Positions 11,874 to 24,743 of a stretch of 64,000 nt of DNA are shown piece after piece. The stretch covers positions 14,260,001 to 14,324,000 of the forward strand of contig NC_043009.1 in the NCBI RefSeq assembly GCF_006345805.1, given 5' to 3'. How positions within the stretch are numbered: the first letter of the stretch is position 1; every line of letters starts with the position of its first letter. A program made the position numbers and the translations under genes. The notes beneath the pieces were generated by a model that did no database searches, was not told where the DNA came from, and was given only the letters and a program-made list of their open reading frames with translations. This stretch comes from Octopus sinensis (taxonomy: Eukaryota).

Positions 11874-12117
11874 GTAATCTATACTTATATTTATATTTAC
11901 TTATATTTATATTCTCTTTTATATATATTCTACTTATTATACAACATTACTCTTTTATGTACACTTTTTTATGTACATTCCTTTATGTACACTGAGTTGT
12001 TCTGCTTGTTTATGTTTAACCCTACAGTCTCTCATGTGGTGGTTTAATAATGTATATGATTGAGTATTATCTGGTAATTGATATTTGATTTAGATGTATT
12101 TCTCCATTTTCTTATCT

Positions 12118-12165
<48 letters not shown>

Positions 12166-14242
12166 GCAAGAGCTCACATACACACGCCCACATATATACG
12201 CACACAAGTTATTTATTTGGTAATGGAGCATTTGGTGAGCTGTGCTTTTCATAGCACTCACGTACTTGAAATTAAACTATCATCAAGAGTTAGGTGTCAT
12301 TCAAGATTACAGAAGAGATTTATGAAATTCCATCAGCATTGATGATTCTTGTATTCTCTCAAGAGATATTACCCCACCCATTTCGTCATCATCTTCAGCA
12401 TGATCATGATCATCGATCATCGTCATGAATCCCACTCTTCCTTCTTCTCCTTTTCCTCCTCTCTACTTCTCTTTCTTATTCCTCCTCCTCCTCATTATCA
12501 TCACCATCAATCGTTATTATCATCCTTAATCTACCGTTATTGCATTATCGTCAGTAGTGAACTGCGTCATAATTCCAGCTGACGATATCTGGTAATGGCT
12601 CATGCCCAGGCTTGCAGATAACATCTATGTGCAAACATTTTTCTCACCACTGCCTGCTGAGAATAATATCTGGGAAAGTAATCCTGATCAAAGTTAGCGT
12701 AGGAAACAGAATTTTAATGAAATAACGATAAGCAAGATATTGGAATAAACTGAAAGTCATAACAAAAAGGCCCTTTCAAAAGATCCTAGACCCTGTACTA
12801 TTTATACTGGAAGTATCTAAAAAATAGAGCCAAAAGTAATGGAAGTCTTTCATGTAGTTTAAACTTGATGTTTACAATTGTATAACTTTCCATAGTAACA
12901 TCGTTACTTGGATGTATCTTTCAATTTAAATTTCTTTCCTACTGTTAAGCTGATTAGAATAGTTAAGTATAATTTTGGCAAAACGAAATGAAAATTTGAA
13001 GTATTAGAATTTGAGTTAAAAGAAAATTAAATTAAAAGGAAATTGAAAAGAATATTCAGTGTATTACACATGCTGTAACTAATAAGTAAATGTTTTAAAG
13101 AACTTTATAAGAAATTTGCTCTTAAATACCTCTGAAATATTAATATACCGAATTCCATTATTTCTGAAACTTATTTGTTGATATTGTTTAGAAATATGTG
13201 AGTACTTTGTTATTTTCTGTAATCACTTGTTATTGATTCCGACATAAGATAAATGGAACTACATTTAGCGTATCAAATGAAAAAGAAATCAGAAAGTTCT
13301 AAGCTTTAAATGAAAACAAAATTAGTGTTACTTACTGCAATACGTTTTAAAGTTAGTTTCTCTTTCCAACTGCACGTTCTGAATACCACTATTTTCAGGA
13401 TAAAATTCTCCTGAGATATGTTTCTTTACTGATATCGAAAGGTCGGCAGATGTTTATCAATGTTCCTTGGGAATAATATCCGGATGAATTCCTTTCATTT
13501 CGCTGTTAGTAACAACTCAATTATTCTATATTACGGTCAGATACTTACTTCGTTCTATTTCTGATATGTTTGCATTATGCGCTTTATTTGCAGTCAAAAT
13601 TCTTTAATACTAGTGAATTAGGGAAGAAACGTTTATGTAGTCGCTTGAAATTAGATATAGCAGCTTAATCCCCCTCAAATCACCCGTTACAAGTTTAATA
13701 AAAGGATACATTCGAGAAAGCAAAGTAAACAAATCATATCGTTTTCCGTTGTTGAGTATTTGATTGTTTGATCAACAGAGTTCTCTGTTTAGTGAATTGG
13801 CTTGTAAGTGACCGAGTATCTCGCGGACGAATTTTCATAGCATAATTCTCAAATGAATTCATCGTGACACAGCGTGATAAGGATGGACTTTTGAGAAATT
13901 ACAAGAATATTTCATCCGACGAGCTTTCGCACAGCTTCCGTCAACTCAATTGCACCCACAATGCCTTGTTCGACACCAGCACAGGAGTCACACACTGGGA
14001 TTGAACGCAGAATGTCCTTGCGAAATGTCTTTCTCAGCCAAACTACCCTCCCATTGTGCATTAGGATATTTCATATACAAACATAGAAAATAGTCATGCT
14101 TACGATAGTCTTAGTAGCATCTTTACTCGTTTGATATCTAGATATTCTGTAATACAGTTCTATATTTAAGAGATGAGGAATTATGTACATTATTTACATT
14201 ATTTACAATTGACGGATATTTGTCCTCATCTTATTTGTTGTT

Positions 14243-14288
14243 AACACAACGTTTCGGCTGATATGCCCTCCAGCCTTCATCAGGTGTA
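14243..14288 (-). ncRNA. Minimal type I hammerhead ribozyme
   Basis: On the minus strand: acac-CTGATGA-a-ggctg(loop)cagcc-GAAA-cgt-t-gtgt. Loopless palindromic ACGU stem III, as in dimeric Penelope hammerheads. Confidence 0.7.
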
Positions 14289-14471
14289 TTGGGGGAAATT
14301 TCGAACCTGGGTTCTCATTCCTAAGGTATTTTGCGATGTTGTTGTTGTTATTATTTATTCAGGTCACTGCCTGGAATCGCGCTCTTAACCACTACGCCAT
14401 ATGTCCGGACATATGGCGTAATGGTTAAGAGCGCGATTCCAGGCAGCAACAACAACAACAACAACAACAAC

Positions 14472-14537
<66 letters not shown>

Positions 14538-14569
14538 AAGAAGAAGAAGAAGAAGAAGAAGAAGAAAAA

Positions 14570-15137
14570 GGAACATACCCTGATGTAGTAAGTACCCTGA
14601 TGTAGTACCAGAGAGTGGCTCACTTGGCTTATGATCTTAATTGATTGGAAGTGTAATCATGTACATTGTTTTGTCTTGGTATAAAAGATGGGCTACAGCA
14701 AATATTCTGCTTAATACCACAGATTTGCTTGTCAGTTGTTTGACCTTAACCAGTTGAGCATGTCCCTTAGTGGCTGACGACATGTGCATCTCTGATCACG
14801 AGCAGAAGTAGTGGGGGAGCATCATAGTCGTGTGTTGAAAAGAATTCTTAGAGGGTTGGATAATTCACATTTGGAAACATGGGTAGTTCGTTCAACATCC
14901 TTAAACAATCCTTATTCAAGGACCTTTTGAGCCGGATGGGTTATTTGACCCGAAGAAAATTCTAACTGGGCCCCACCTGCAAGGTCATGTGCTGTTTATC
15001 TTGATATGAGATCACCATATCGTGTACATATGGTTGTGATGCATGTGCCTAGTGTACCCTTATCAGACGTGTAGCTATGATGCTTTGAATATTTTACCCC
15101 AGTGTCACTTTGATGGCATGCACTGCTCTCTCACTCG
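14570..15137 (+). repeat. Interspersed repeat R (non-coding, AAT-tailed), diverged copy
   Basis: Same sequence as 22107-22580 (ttggtataaaagatgggctacagcaaatattctgc...ctgctctctcactc) with scattered substitutions. Flanked by AAG and AAT tracts. Confidence 0.85.
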
Positions 15138-15201
<64 letters not shown>

Positions 15202-15211
15202 TAACAATAAC

Positions 15212-15265
<54 letters not shown>

Positions 15266-15334
15266 AATTATAACAACAACAACAACACCGAAAAATACCT
15301 TAGGAATGAGAACCCAGGTTCGAAATTTCCCCAA

Positions 15335-15380
15335 GACACCTGATGAAGGCTGGATGGTATATAAGCCGAAACGTTGTGTT
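15335..15380 (+). ncRNA. Minimal type I hammerhead ribozyme
   Basis: gacac-CTGATGA (15340-15346)-a-ggct...agcc-GAAA (15368-15371)-cgt-t-gtgtt. Confidence 0.65.
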
Positions 15381-16374
15381 AACAACAAACAAGATGTTTG
15401 TAAATAATGTCAATTGTAAATAATGTAGATATTCTGTGTTCTTTACGAAGCTAGCCAACACATGAACGGTTATGTCATGCTGAAGAGGTCTTATAAACTT
15501 GAATAGTATCTGAAGTCAGAGCTAATCTGTCAAAGATTATATTGTTCTTTGCTTCTCTGCATTGTCTATTTCCACTTTTTATTAACTGAAACTCAACCGA
15601 TCTGAAAAAAATATTTACATATTTACTGATCTTGTGCAGTCACTTTTGATTAAGTGTCGTAAGTATGGAGTGTGACAGTGCTTTAAGTCGTTTGCTTTGA
15701 AAAAAAAAACCCCACAAAAACCTTGTAAACAATATTATTATTACTATCAATTTGGTAACCTCCCAAGATGCATACGAAAGATTCTTGCAAAATACAACAT
15801 GAATGTCTGAATACTATACAAGTCAATATAGTACACAGCTTTTCTATGATACACACGTCCAAATAGAAACTTCCTCGAGTAGCAGATATTCTCGTCTACG
15901 AATCTTTAGTTTTCAAAGCTTGAATTCAGATATAAACTCAATTTGCGTTATACTGTATTGTGACGAAATCCAAAATCTTTGAAGTAAATTCTCTTTATTT
16001 CTCTTTAAAACTTTATATCATTGTCTATATTTCTTTATGGTGATCACATATAATGGTGATCACATATAAACGTTACATGTTTAGATATTCTTGTAGAACC
16101 TCACAGGATCAGATCAGTTATTTTCAATAAAATAATTCGGCTAATTTTCTTCACAAATGCCCCTATAATATCCCACAGCCTTATATTAAAAATACATTAG
16201 TGTCAATTGGATTGTTCACATCTTTTATGGTCGTCAAGCCTCTAATATTTGATACATCACTATTATTGTACGTAATTTCTACTTGTCGCTTATACTTCTA
16301 CGCTCTTAGAAATAGTTACCACATATATCGACCGTATTAGGAAGGAGACGCGATAATGAAGTTCTTCATGTACC

Positions 16375-16606
16375 TATTTCTTTACTACCCACAAGGGGCT
16401 AAACACAGAGAGGACAAACAAGGACAGACGCACGGATTAAGTCGATTATATTGACCCCAGTGCGAAACTGGTACTCAATTTATCGACCCCGAAAGGATGA
16501 AAGGCAAAGTCGACCACGGCGGAATTTGAACTCAGAACGTAACGGCAGACGAAATACGGCTACGCATTTCGCCCGGCGTGTTAACGATTCTGCCAGCTCG
16601 CTGCCT
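16375..16606 (-). mobile_element. tRNA-derived SINE family A, full length
   Basis: Complete head, core and tail. Flanked by the direct repeat atgaagttcttcat(g/a)tacc at 16356-16374 and 16629-16647. Confidence 0.9.
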
Positions 16607-19600
16607 TTTTTTGGCATCCTGGTGAGATATGAAGTTCTTCATATACCACCAAATGCTTTACCTACGCTAGAGAGAATGGTCATATCTTCTATGAATTTGA
16701 AAGTAGATTTGTGCAAACAGGACTAACCGAACGTGAAATATAAATAACAATTACCCTGATAACTTCTGATTACTTGTTTTAAACAAATGATTCGATTTGA
16801 AATTATTTATTTTTTAAATTCACGGCGAGAGTCTATATGATTTTGAAACCTTTATGCCAATACTATGGTTCTTCTGTGATGTATTCCATTAGCTTGACAA
16901 GCTGCCAATACAAAGCTGTTTTTCTAGGGTTTTTCCACTTAAATCTTATTTTACATTGGCTTGTATCACCCTTTTCTACTCCTACGTATTTCCCCACGAT
17001 TCATTTGCCATCGAGCATTCATACACATATACATTATTTTCAGTTTTTCCAATATATCCGCTAGTTACCTTTAATAATCACCTGCTTCTCTCCTTTCTTC
17101 TTACATACAATATCAGTGCATTATAGGTGTTATATTTACCGGTTTCATTTACCGTTGTATCAGTTCACTTAATCTATTTGATATTTTGTTCACTGAATGA
17201 TAGCAGTGGGTGGGGTCAATTGTTTCTGGCTATTCTAACAGTTACTTCATTTACATATGATTTCCTGTGGATGCTTTTGGATGGAAAAGCTGTGATTTTA
17301 TATTGCAACAAACATAGATCAAGCCTTTGTCTTGCACGTTTCAGGTAGTTTCTGCCAGTTTTCGTTGTCGACTCGATCCTTATCCAATTCTTTATGTGTT
17401 AATTATCTTAAGGTATTTTCTGGCCAGTGGTCTTTGCGAGGCATTTTTGTAACATAGATTGCGTTTGAGGTTTATTTATTAATGCATTTTTCTTGCTACA
17501 CACGATTATCTATAATTTTCGTGTATGTTTTATATAATCTGGCTTCTTTAAGTAGCAAACTTTTTTGCGCATTTTTTGTAACTATTTAAATTATTTCCCA
17601 ATTATTTTTTTTATTCTGTTCTAAGTTTTGCTTTCTTGCAGGAATTGTTTTGTTGTTTCTGGTGTTATTTTAGTGATTCTTGTGATGTATAAAACATATA
17701 GTGAGTTGTATAAACCGGGTTTGTATGAAGCTAAAAAACTTCGAGAAAATATTCGGAGTTCGTGTAATGAAATAGTATCTGACAAGGATAGTCAGAAAAG
17801 TTTGTTGAGAAGTTTGAGGAAAATCAATATTAGGTACAAACAAATTACGAAAAACATTTCAGTTTCGATAAAAATTTCAACGTCGGAACAATGTAAAAAC
17901 ACTTCCGATTTTAGGAGTTGTGTAAAAAAAATGGAGAACTCCATTGTCGTGATAAAATAATGAAATTCTATTGAAACATATGCCCGTAAAAATACGAAAT
18001 AAGCTAATTTTATTTCTTTCTATTAACTTTGCTTGTAAACTTTCAGAGGGACATTTTATATAATTAAACGTTCTTTTAATCGTATTCACTGATTTCCACT
18101 TTCTCAAAGAAATTCTATTCGGTTAATAATTAACCACCAAAGAAAATAACGAAAATGTTCTTTCCCCAAATCTGTTCACTTACTTATAGCCAGTTAAAAG
18201 TAACTGTTTTTTTTCCCGAAAATCTAAAATTTGTGATAACTCTACCTTGGAGGTGATGATCAATTATACCTCTAACCTACTTTGCTTAATAATATATTTT
18301 AATAAATAACGTGTTCAAATTATCATTTAATAAGACGGAAGTCGTAAAACTAAGTGGTTTTTGAACTAACGATATTATAACGAGTTATAACTGCTCAAAC
18401 ACTTTGTCTCTAGGCCAGAGGCGCACTTGTCATACATTTTGCTAATGATTCTATTCATCACCGAGTAATATCAGACATAACTATTATATAACTAAATAGT
18501 GAGAAAATGCGGCCATATGCAGCAGGTGCAATTATAATCAAACCAAATGTTCTTATTGCAACTCAAGAACACCATAATTAATTGGAATATCGTGAGAATT
18601 GAGAGTTAATATTACTCTCTCAACCAGAACAATGACCCGGAGTCCTGATGTTTTGTTCGAAAATTTGAACAACTTTTTCTAAGATACGAAATTGACCGTG
18701 CTATGACTTATAAATAAGTGAAAGCACTGACATTAAACATGTATTGCTTCTTCGTTATGTGCGCAGCTTTTCCCCAGACGTTTCTGACGTTATACATAGT
18801 ACAGATGAACATTGTTTTTGCTGTATTGAAAGAAACGCCGAATGTGTAATTTTAAAGTTTAAAGACATATAATCTTCCTTCCTACTACGTGCTAAGTCTT
18901 AACTGTGATACCTAGTAAATAAGTACGCTTATGGTAAAAAGTAACCTGTTACCAGGGGAGAAGAATGTTGCACTAATTGATACTAAATAACTGATACTTA
19001 AATGTATACATTTAAGTATCAATACATTTAAATATCAATTACTTTTCAAGAAGCCCATAATCGAATAATGTTGACAGAAGAAAGGAGTGTCTAGCGATAG
19101 CATTAACTGTCTCCGCATTTTTTGCTAAGCTTTATGTCCTCGCAGGTATAATCCTGTCAGCAGCTATGTCTATCAAGCAATGTGCTGAAACTTTAGAATC
19201 AAAGGTGGTAAAAAATGGTAGAAGCATGCCTCAAATATGGTATACGATTACGATCTGGCAACAGTAATCATGGAAATATCTGTTTAAATGAGGCGATCTA
19301 AGTAGACTGTCAAAGCATTATTATTGAAGTATTAACAAAGAATTAACTTTTTCGAGCAGGACATGAACAAAACAGGAGTGGATAGAATTGTGATTTATAA
19401 TCACCTTAAAACTGAAAAAATTATCATTAGGCGCACAAGCGTGAAACAAAAATTAAGTAGAGTAGAAGTCAAGATAAAAAATTGGACAAACGTATGTAAA
19501 CCATATCAGACTCTGTAACTTTACATACAGTCCTAAATTAGATCTGTTAGGTATAGTTACAGAGTATATAAGACACTTTCAATTCAAAAGCATAACTCAG

Positions 19601-20475
19601 ACCCTACTCTGTACTCATAAAATATTCTACACAATTATCACCCAAGAAATTAGCAAAACACACACGACATGTACCTTATGCAATCACTAACCAACAAAAT
19701 GACACAAAACATACTATTACATTTTAATTACTCGAGTCTGTACCAGTAATATAACACAGATGCACAGAATACAATCTGCTCAACCTTTGTGTAACAGTTG
19801 ACGCCAGTCACGCAACACATACTGATCTTAAGTACCTCTCATTCTATTAAAACTTTCTTCAAGATACCGAGCCCATATTAATATTACTAATCTTTTAAAC
19901 TTGATAATACATATATATATACGCATAAATCTTTAAATTGTTCTTTATTTTAAAAACAACCTGTACTATTTTAAAAAAATAGCAAGTTGAAGTATATAAT
20001 CCTGTCGGAAATTATGAAGTTTTAGTAACAAATTTTTATCCTTTCTGAACAAGGCCTTGATTAGGGTTCCAATAACATCATTAACGCCTTATGTTTGCCT
20101 GTAAGTATTGAAACGAGAAATTTGATTACTTATTATCTCCTGCGTTTTATTGCAGCCTTTTCGTCTACTCAGTGTTGTTAATGTTTTCAAGTGTTGTGTT
20201 TATTATTCTGAGCAATGCTGTTAGCAATGGTTCCGTTGCCGTCCATGCTACTTCTCAAAATTGTTCTACTCATGCTTTTCGTATTACGTTGATTTAATAC
20301 ATCTTTACCTAGGTCCTGATGAAAACTTTTAGGGATAGAGTCAAACTGCTCGTTTTGCTCAAATTGCCGTTGTAAATTTGCATATCACCAGATTTGTTTC
20401 AATTTAGCGAGTATCTGTTGGTTCTGGCTTTCTTTGATTGTTTCCACCTTTCCTTTATATATTACACCTCTTTTA

Positions 20476-20707
20476 GGCGGCGAACTGGCAGAAACGCTAG
20501 CACACCGGGCGAAATGCTTAGCGGTATTTCGTCTGCCGCTACGTTCTGAGTTCAAATTCCGCCGAGGTCAACTTTGCCTTTCATCCTTTCGGGGGTCGAT
20601 AAATAAAGTACCTGCTTCGCACGGGGTCGATGTAATCGACTTAATCCCTTTTATCTATCCTTGTTTGACCCCTCTATGTTTAGCCCCTTGTGGGTAGTAA
20701 AGAAATA
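20476..20707 (+). mobile_element. tRNA-derived SINE family A, full length
   Basis: ggcggcgaactggcagaaacg (A box), gagttcaaattcc (B box) and tttgcctttcatcctttcgggggtcgataaataaagtacc core. The core resembles the Meta/MESC SINE domain as I recall it (unverified). Confidence 0.9.
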
Positions 20708-22018
20708 TATATGTTACACATCTTTTTCATTTTTCTCTTTTAGTTTTAAATATCTTTTCCACTTTTCTCTTTTAGTGCAGTCGTCTTGTTATTTATTTCA
20801 ATAAATGTAAGATCTATTCTCATGCCTTCGATCAGCCTTTTTGTTTCGGCTTTGATATGTTTAGTATAAACAGATCTGAGTGGGGTAAATGTTTTTCTTT
20901 GTCAGTAGCAGTTGGAAGTATTATGTTGTTTAATCTTTTGATATGGATGTTCGCATCTGTTTCCACTAAGGCAGTGATGGCGACGTCTTCACTTTTATTG
21001 TTGTTGCTATTCTGTTATTGAGTTCTATCCGTGGGATTTCCTTGGTCCAAAGGAAGATCTAACGTTTTATTATATCTACCTTTCCATATTCATGGTCTTG
21101 TTTTCAACAGCAAAACTTTATATATTTTACATCTCTTTCATCTAACCCTTTATAAACATTTGTTTACGTCAGTCTATTTCGTATTGTATTAAATTGCATT
21201 CTGCAGAGGCTTTAGATTTTGGAGTTTGCTCTGTTGTGTCATTTTGTTTGTTTTGCAAGTGTTACATATGTTTCCAGGATTTACGTTCTCAATGTTTTTA
21301 TTCGCCGCAGGGTTGTTTATATCACATAATTTTCTATAATGTATTCTCTCTTTGTGTTGTTTACCATTACCCTCTTCCACCATCACCACCACCATCACCA
21401 CCATCTCCTCCTCCTCATCCTCTACTCCTCCCCTCCCCTCCCCTCCCCTACTCCTCATCTTCATCTTCAATCAACCAGAAGAAAGAGCAACATCACCACC
21501 ACCACCACCACCACAGTGCGTTTCTCTGCCCTAGGTCTCAGGCAAAAGATGGAAACAGAATTGAAAGATGACGATAATAATAATGATGATGATAATAACA
21601 ATTATAATAATGATGATGATAAGGATAATGATAAGAGCGCTCAGAGAGCTCAAAACTCCGCCAAGGCAACACCAACGCCCTCTCAACGATTAGTCAGTGA
21701 TGATTTTTAAAATGAGAATATCTGAAATAAACTCGACTGCTATCACAAACGAGAATACTAAAAATGGATTTGACCGTTCTCAAAAATTATGTAAAAAAAA
21801 ACAAGAAAAATAATCTAAAATCCTTGTCCAGTAACGGATCAAATTCCAACATCTAATCAGTTCGTGCCAGTCATGAGGCGAAACATCCCAGAAAGTTTCA
21901 TTCCAATCCATGCTGCGGTTCATAAGATATCTTGTCCACGGTCAAACAAACAAACAAATACGACTGAAAATAATAGCTCCACCTTCGCTAAGGCAGAGTT
22001 AATAATAATAATATAATA

Positions 22019-22069
<51 letters not shown>

Positions 22070-22106
22070 TGATAATAATAATAATAATGATAATAATAAT
22101 AATGAT

Positions 22107-22580
22107 ACTTGGTATAAAAGATGGGCTACAGCAAATATTCTGCTCAATACCACAGATTTGCTTGTCAGTTGTTTGACCTTAACCAGTTGAGCATGTCCCT
22201 TAGTGGCTGACGATATGTGCATCTCTGATCACGAGCAGAAGTAGTGGGGGAGCATCATAGCCATGTGTTGAGAGGGATTCTTTGGGGTTTGAATAATTCA
22301 CCTCTGGAAACATGGGTGGTTCTTTCAACATCCTTAAACAACCCTTATTCAGGGACCTTTTGAGCAGGATGGGCTACTCAACCTGAAGAAAATTCTAACT
22401 GGGCCCCACCTGCAAGGTCATGTGCTGTTTATCTTGATATGAGATCACCATGTCGCGCACATATGGTTGTGATGCATGTGCCTGGTGTACCCTTATCAGA
22501 CGGGTAGTCATGATGGGTATATTGGGCTTCGTATATTTTACCCCAGTGTCACTTTGATGGCATGAACTGCTCTCTCACTC
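22107..22580 (+). repeat. Interspersed repeat R, tandem copy 1
   Basis: 474-bp body embedded in (AAT)n. Confidence 0.9.
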
Positions 22581-22590
22581 AATAATAATA

Positions 22591-22626
<36 letters not shown>

Positions 22627-22631
22627 TAATA

Positions 22632-22679
<48 letters not shown>

Positions 22680-22716
22680 TGATAATAATAATAATAATGA
22701 TAATAATAATAATGAT

Positions 22717-23190
22717 ACTTGGTATAAAAGATGGGCTACAGCAAATATTCTGCTCAATACCACAGATTTGCTTGTCAGTTGTTTGACCTTAACCAGTTGA
22801 GCATGTCCCTTAGTGGCTGACGATATGTGCATCTCTGATCACGAGCAGAAGTAGTGGGGGAGCATCATAGCCATGTGTTGAGAGGGATTCTTTGGGGTTT
22901 GAATAATTCACCTCTGGAAACATGGGTGGTTCTTTCAACATCCTTAAACAACCCTTATTCAGGGACCTTTTGAGCAGGATGGGCTACTCAACCTGAAGAA
23001 AATTCTAACTGGGCCCCACCTGCAAGGTCATGTGCTGTTTATCTTGATATGAGATCACCATGTCGCGCACATATGGTTGTGATGCATGTGCCTGGTGTAC
23101 CCTTATCAGACGGGTAGTCATGATGGGTATATTGGGCTTCGTATATTTTACCCCAGTGTCACTTTGATGGCATGAACTGCTCTCTCACTC
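22717..23190 (+). repeat. Interspersed repeat R, tandem copy 2
   Basis: Appears identical to copy 1, with a period of 610 bp. Confidence 0.9.
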
Positions 23191-23200
23191 AATAATAATA

Positions 23201-23279
<79 letters not shown>

Positions 23280-23289
23280 TAATAATAAT

Positions 23290-23740
23290 AATGGTGGTAT
23301 TAGATACCTATCTAAAGAATACCAATGACGGAATGCTCGAACTTGTCTGCAGACATGAAGGTGTCAAGAAACAATACTCAATAACAAGAGACGATATAAA
23401 GGAGTTATTAAAGATCACCGAGACCGACGGTCAACAAATCCAAGCGCAAGCTACATCGAAAGGACTCCCACAGCTATGCACCTGATGGGAAATAAGGCAT
23501 TACACGGTAAATACAACTAAAATGCCAGTAATCCTGAAACATGTCTGTAGGTGTTGGCATCTGGGCTTAAACCAGGCACAGAGAGATTTGTTCTAAAAAC
23601 ATAGGATAAGTGCCTATCTACTAGAATTTACCAAGCCGATATTCTTAAAAATCAAACACTTGGCTGACAATGAGATTATGGAAGTGTATCAGATATTATG
23701 CTGAGAGAACTCGCCCAACAAGATATCAGGCTCTGATATT
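23290..23740 (+). mobile_element. Degraded R4/Dong-type (RLE) non-LTR fragment
   Basis: Frames read LDTYLKNTNDGMLELVCRHE, W..KALHGKY, SGLKPGTE, STRIYQADILK. Homologous to the segment upstream of the zinc knuckle in the other RLE fragments. Begins directly after (AAT)n. Confidence 0.55.
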
Positions 23741-23795
23741 ATGGCTTAGCTGTCGAACAATATCAGGACTATATATATATATATATCTCAGTATA

Positions 23796-23986
23796 TAAAT
23801 GGAGTTGAACGCAGATGCTAATCAAATTCGTTTACTTTCGACATATATTTCGAAGAGAACATTGGTTTTATCCCAAAATGATTGAATTTTACACCGTTTA
23901 TTCCTTTGGAATAAAACCAATGTTGTCTTCGAAACATATGTCGAAAGTAAACGAATTTGAATAGCATATGCGTTCAACTCCATTTA
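23796..23986. repeat. Long inverted repeat (82-bp arms, 27-nt loop)
   Basis: 23796-23877 pairs with 23905-23986. Five mismatches counted by eye. Confidence 0.9.
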
Positions 23987-24308
23987 TTTACTTATACTAT
24001 ACAAATTACTGCACATTAACCCGGAGTTTCTACCTTTAAATAGGAAAGAGCACTCGGAATATTTTGGAAAAGAAATGTGTTGATAGAAAAAATATAATAA
24101 ATAGGTCGCTACATCCTAGTTACTTGCGTGAATTTTACTACTCTGGTAACTGTTTATTGAATCTTCCATGTTAACGGTAAACAAAGGATAATTCATTCAT
24201 CCATTTATATATGGGGCATTTGAATTATAACGTCGGATGTAATCAATTGAACCACACGCGTATTTATCGTTATGGTAAAATCTGGCGTGTGATTGAGTGG
24301 ATTTCATC

Positions 24309-24404
24309 CAGATAGTTTTGGCTGACGAGCTACAAGTGGATTTTTTTGTAAGTAAAATTACATTTAATTCATTAATAGCGAAACAATTGTCCCAAAATAA
24401 TCTG
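24309..24404 (+). ncRNA. Type I hammerhead ribozyme, canonical core
   Basis: Stem I cagatagttttgg/ccaaaataatctg. CTGACGA 24322-24328. Stem II gcta/tagc. GAAA 24380-24383, palindromic stem III ACAATTGT, GUC cleavage triplet (C 24391). Confidence 0.8.
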
Positions 24405-24711
24405 TATTTTTGTTATTTTTTATTTGCCCTGTCCGTGTGAGCTAACAATCGTACTGACTTTCATGGGAAACATGTATTTTTGTGGTTGAAACCTTTTGGA
24501 TTAACTGGTGCTAGAGTGAGCCATATAGTGACCACTCTCTTATATTTATTATATTATTATTTTATATATATATACATACATATATATGCGCAATACTCAT
24601 AAATACATGCATTCATATCCAAACACTGCAATTCCTTTCGTATGTGTTCCATTGTTGTTGCAGATATTACAATTACTACTATAACACCACCCCAACACCA
24701 CCACCACCACC

Positions 24712-24743
<32 letters not shown>

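Larger units (their letters stand above)
14195..15435. mobile_element. Head-to-head inverted pair of a composite element (tRNA-like head, AAC/AAT tract, Penelope-like hammerhead tail), with repeat R inserted in the right arm
   Basis: 14195-14345 is the reverse complement of 15280-15435. The central 80-bp palindrome (14367-14446) carries a pol III A box TGGCGTAGTGG. Confidence 0.7.

Noticed and set aside
12600-12657. AVVRKMFAHRCY... as the short 0-0 ATD exon
   Set aside because: Hits a stop after 17 codons with no usable donor.
20310-20360. ctgatgaaaact...agtcaaac hammerhead relic
   Set aside because: G12 is missing and stem II is broken. At best a dead relic.
20476-20560. tRNA genes at the A/B-box motifs
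   Set aside because: All boxes lead into SINE bodies and no cloverleaf with an acceptor stem can be closed.
21920-23240. CRISPR-like or tandem-array interpretation of the repeated units
   Set aside because: Eukaryotic sequence with two long identical units and no repeat-spacer structure.
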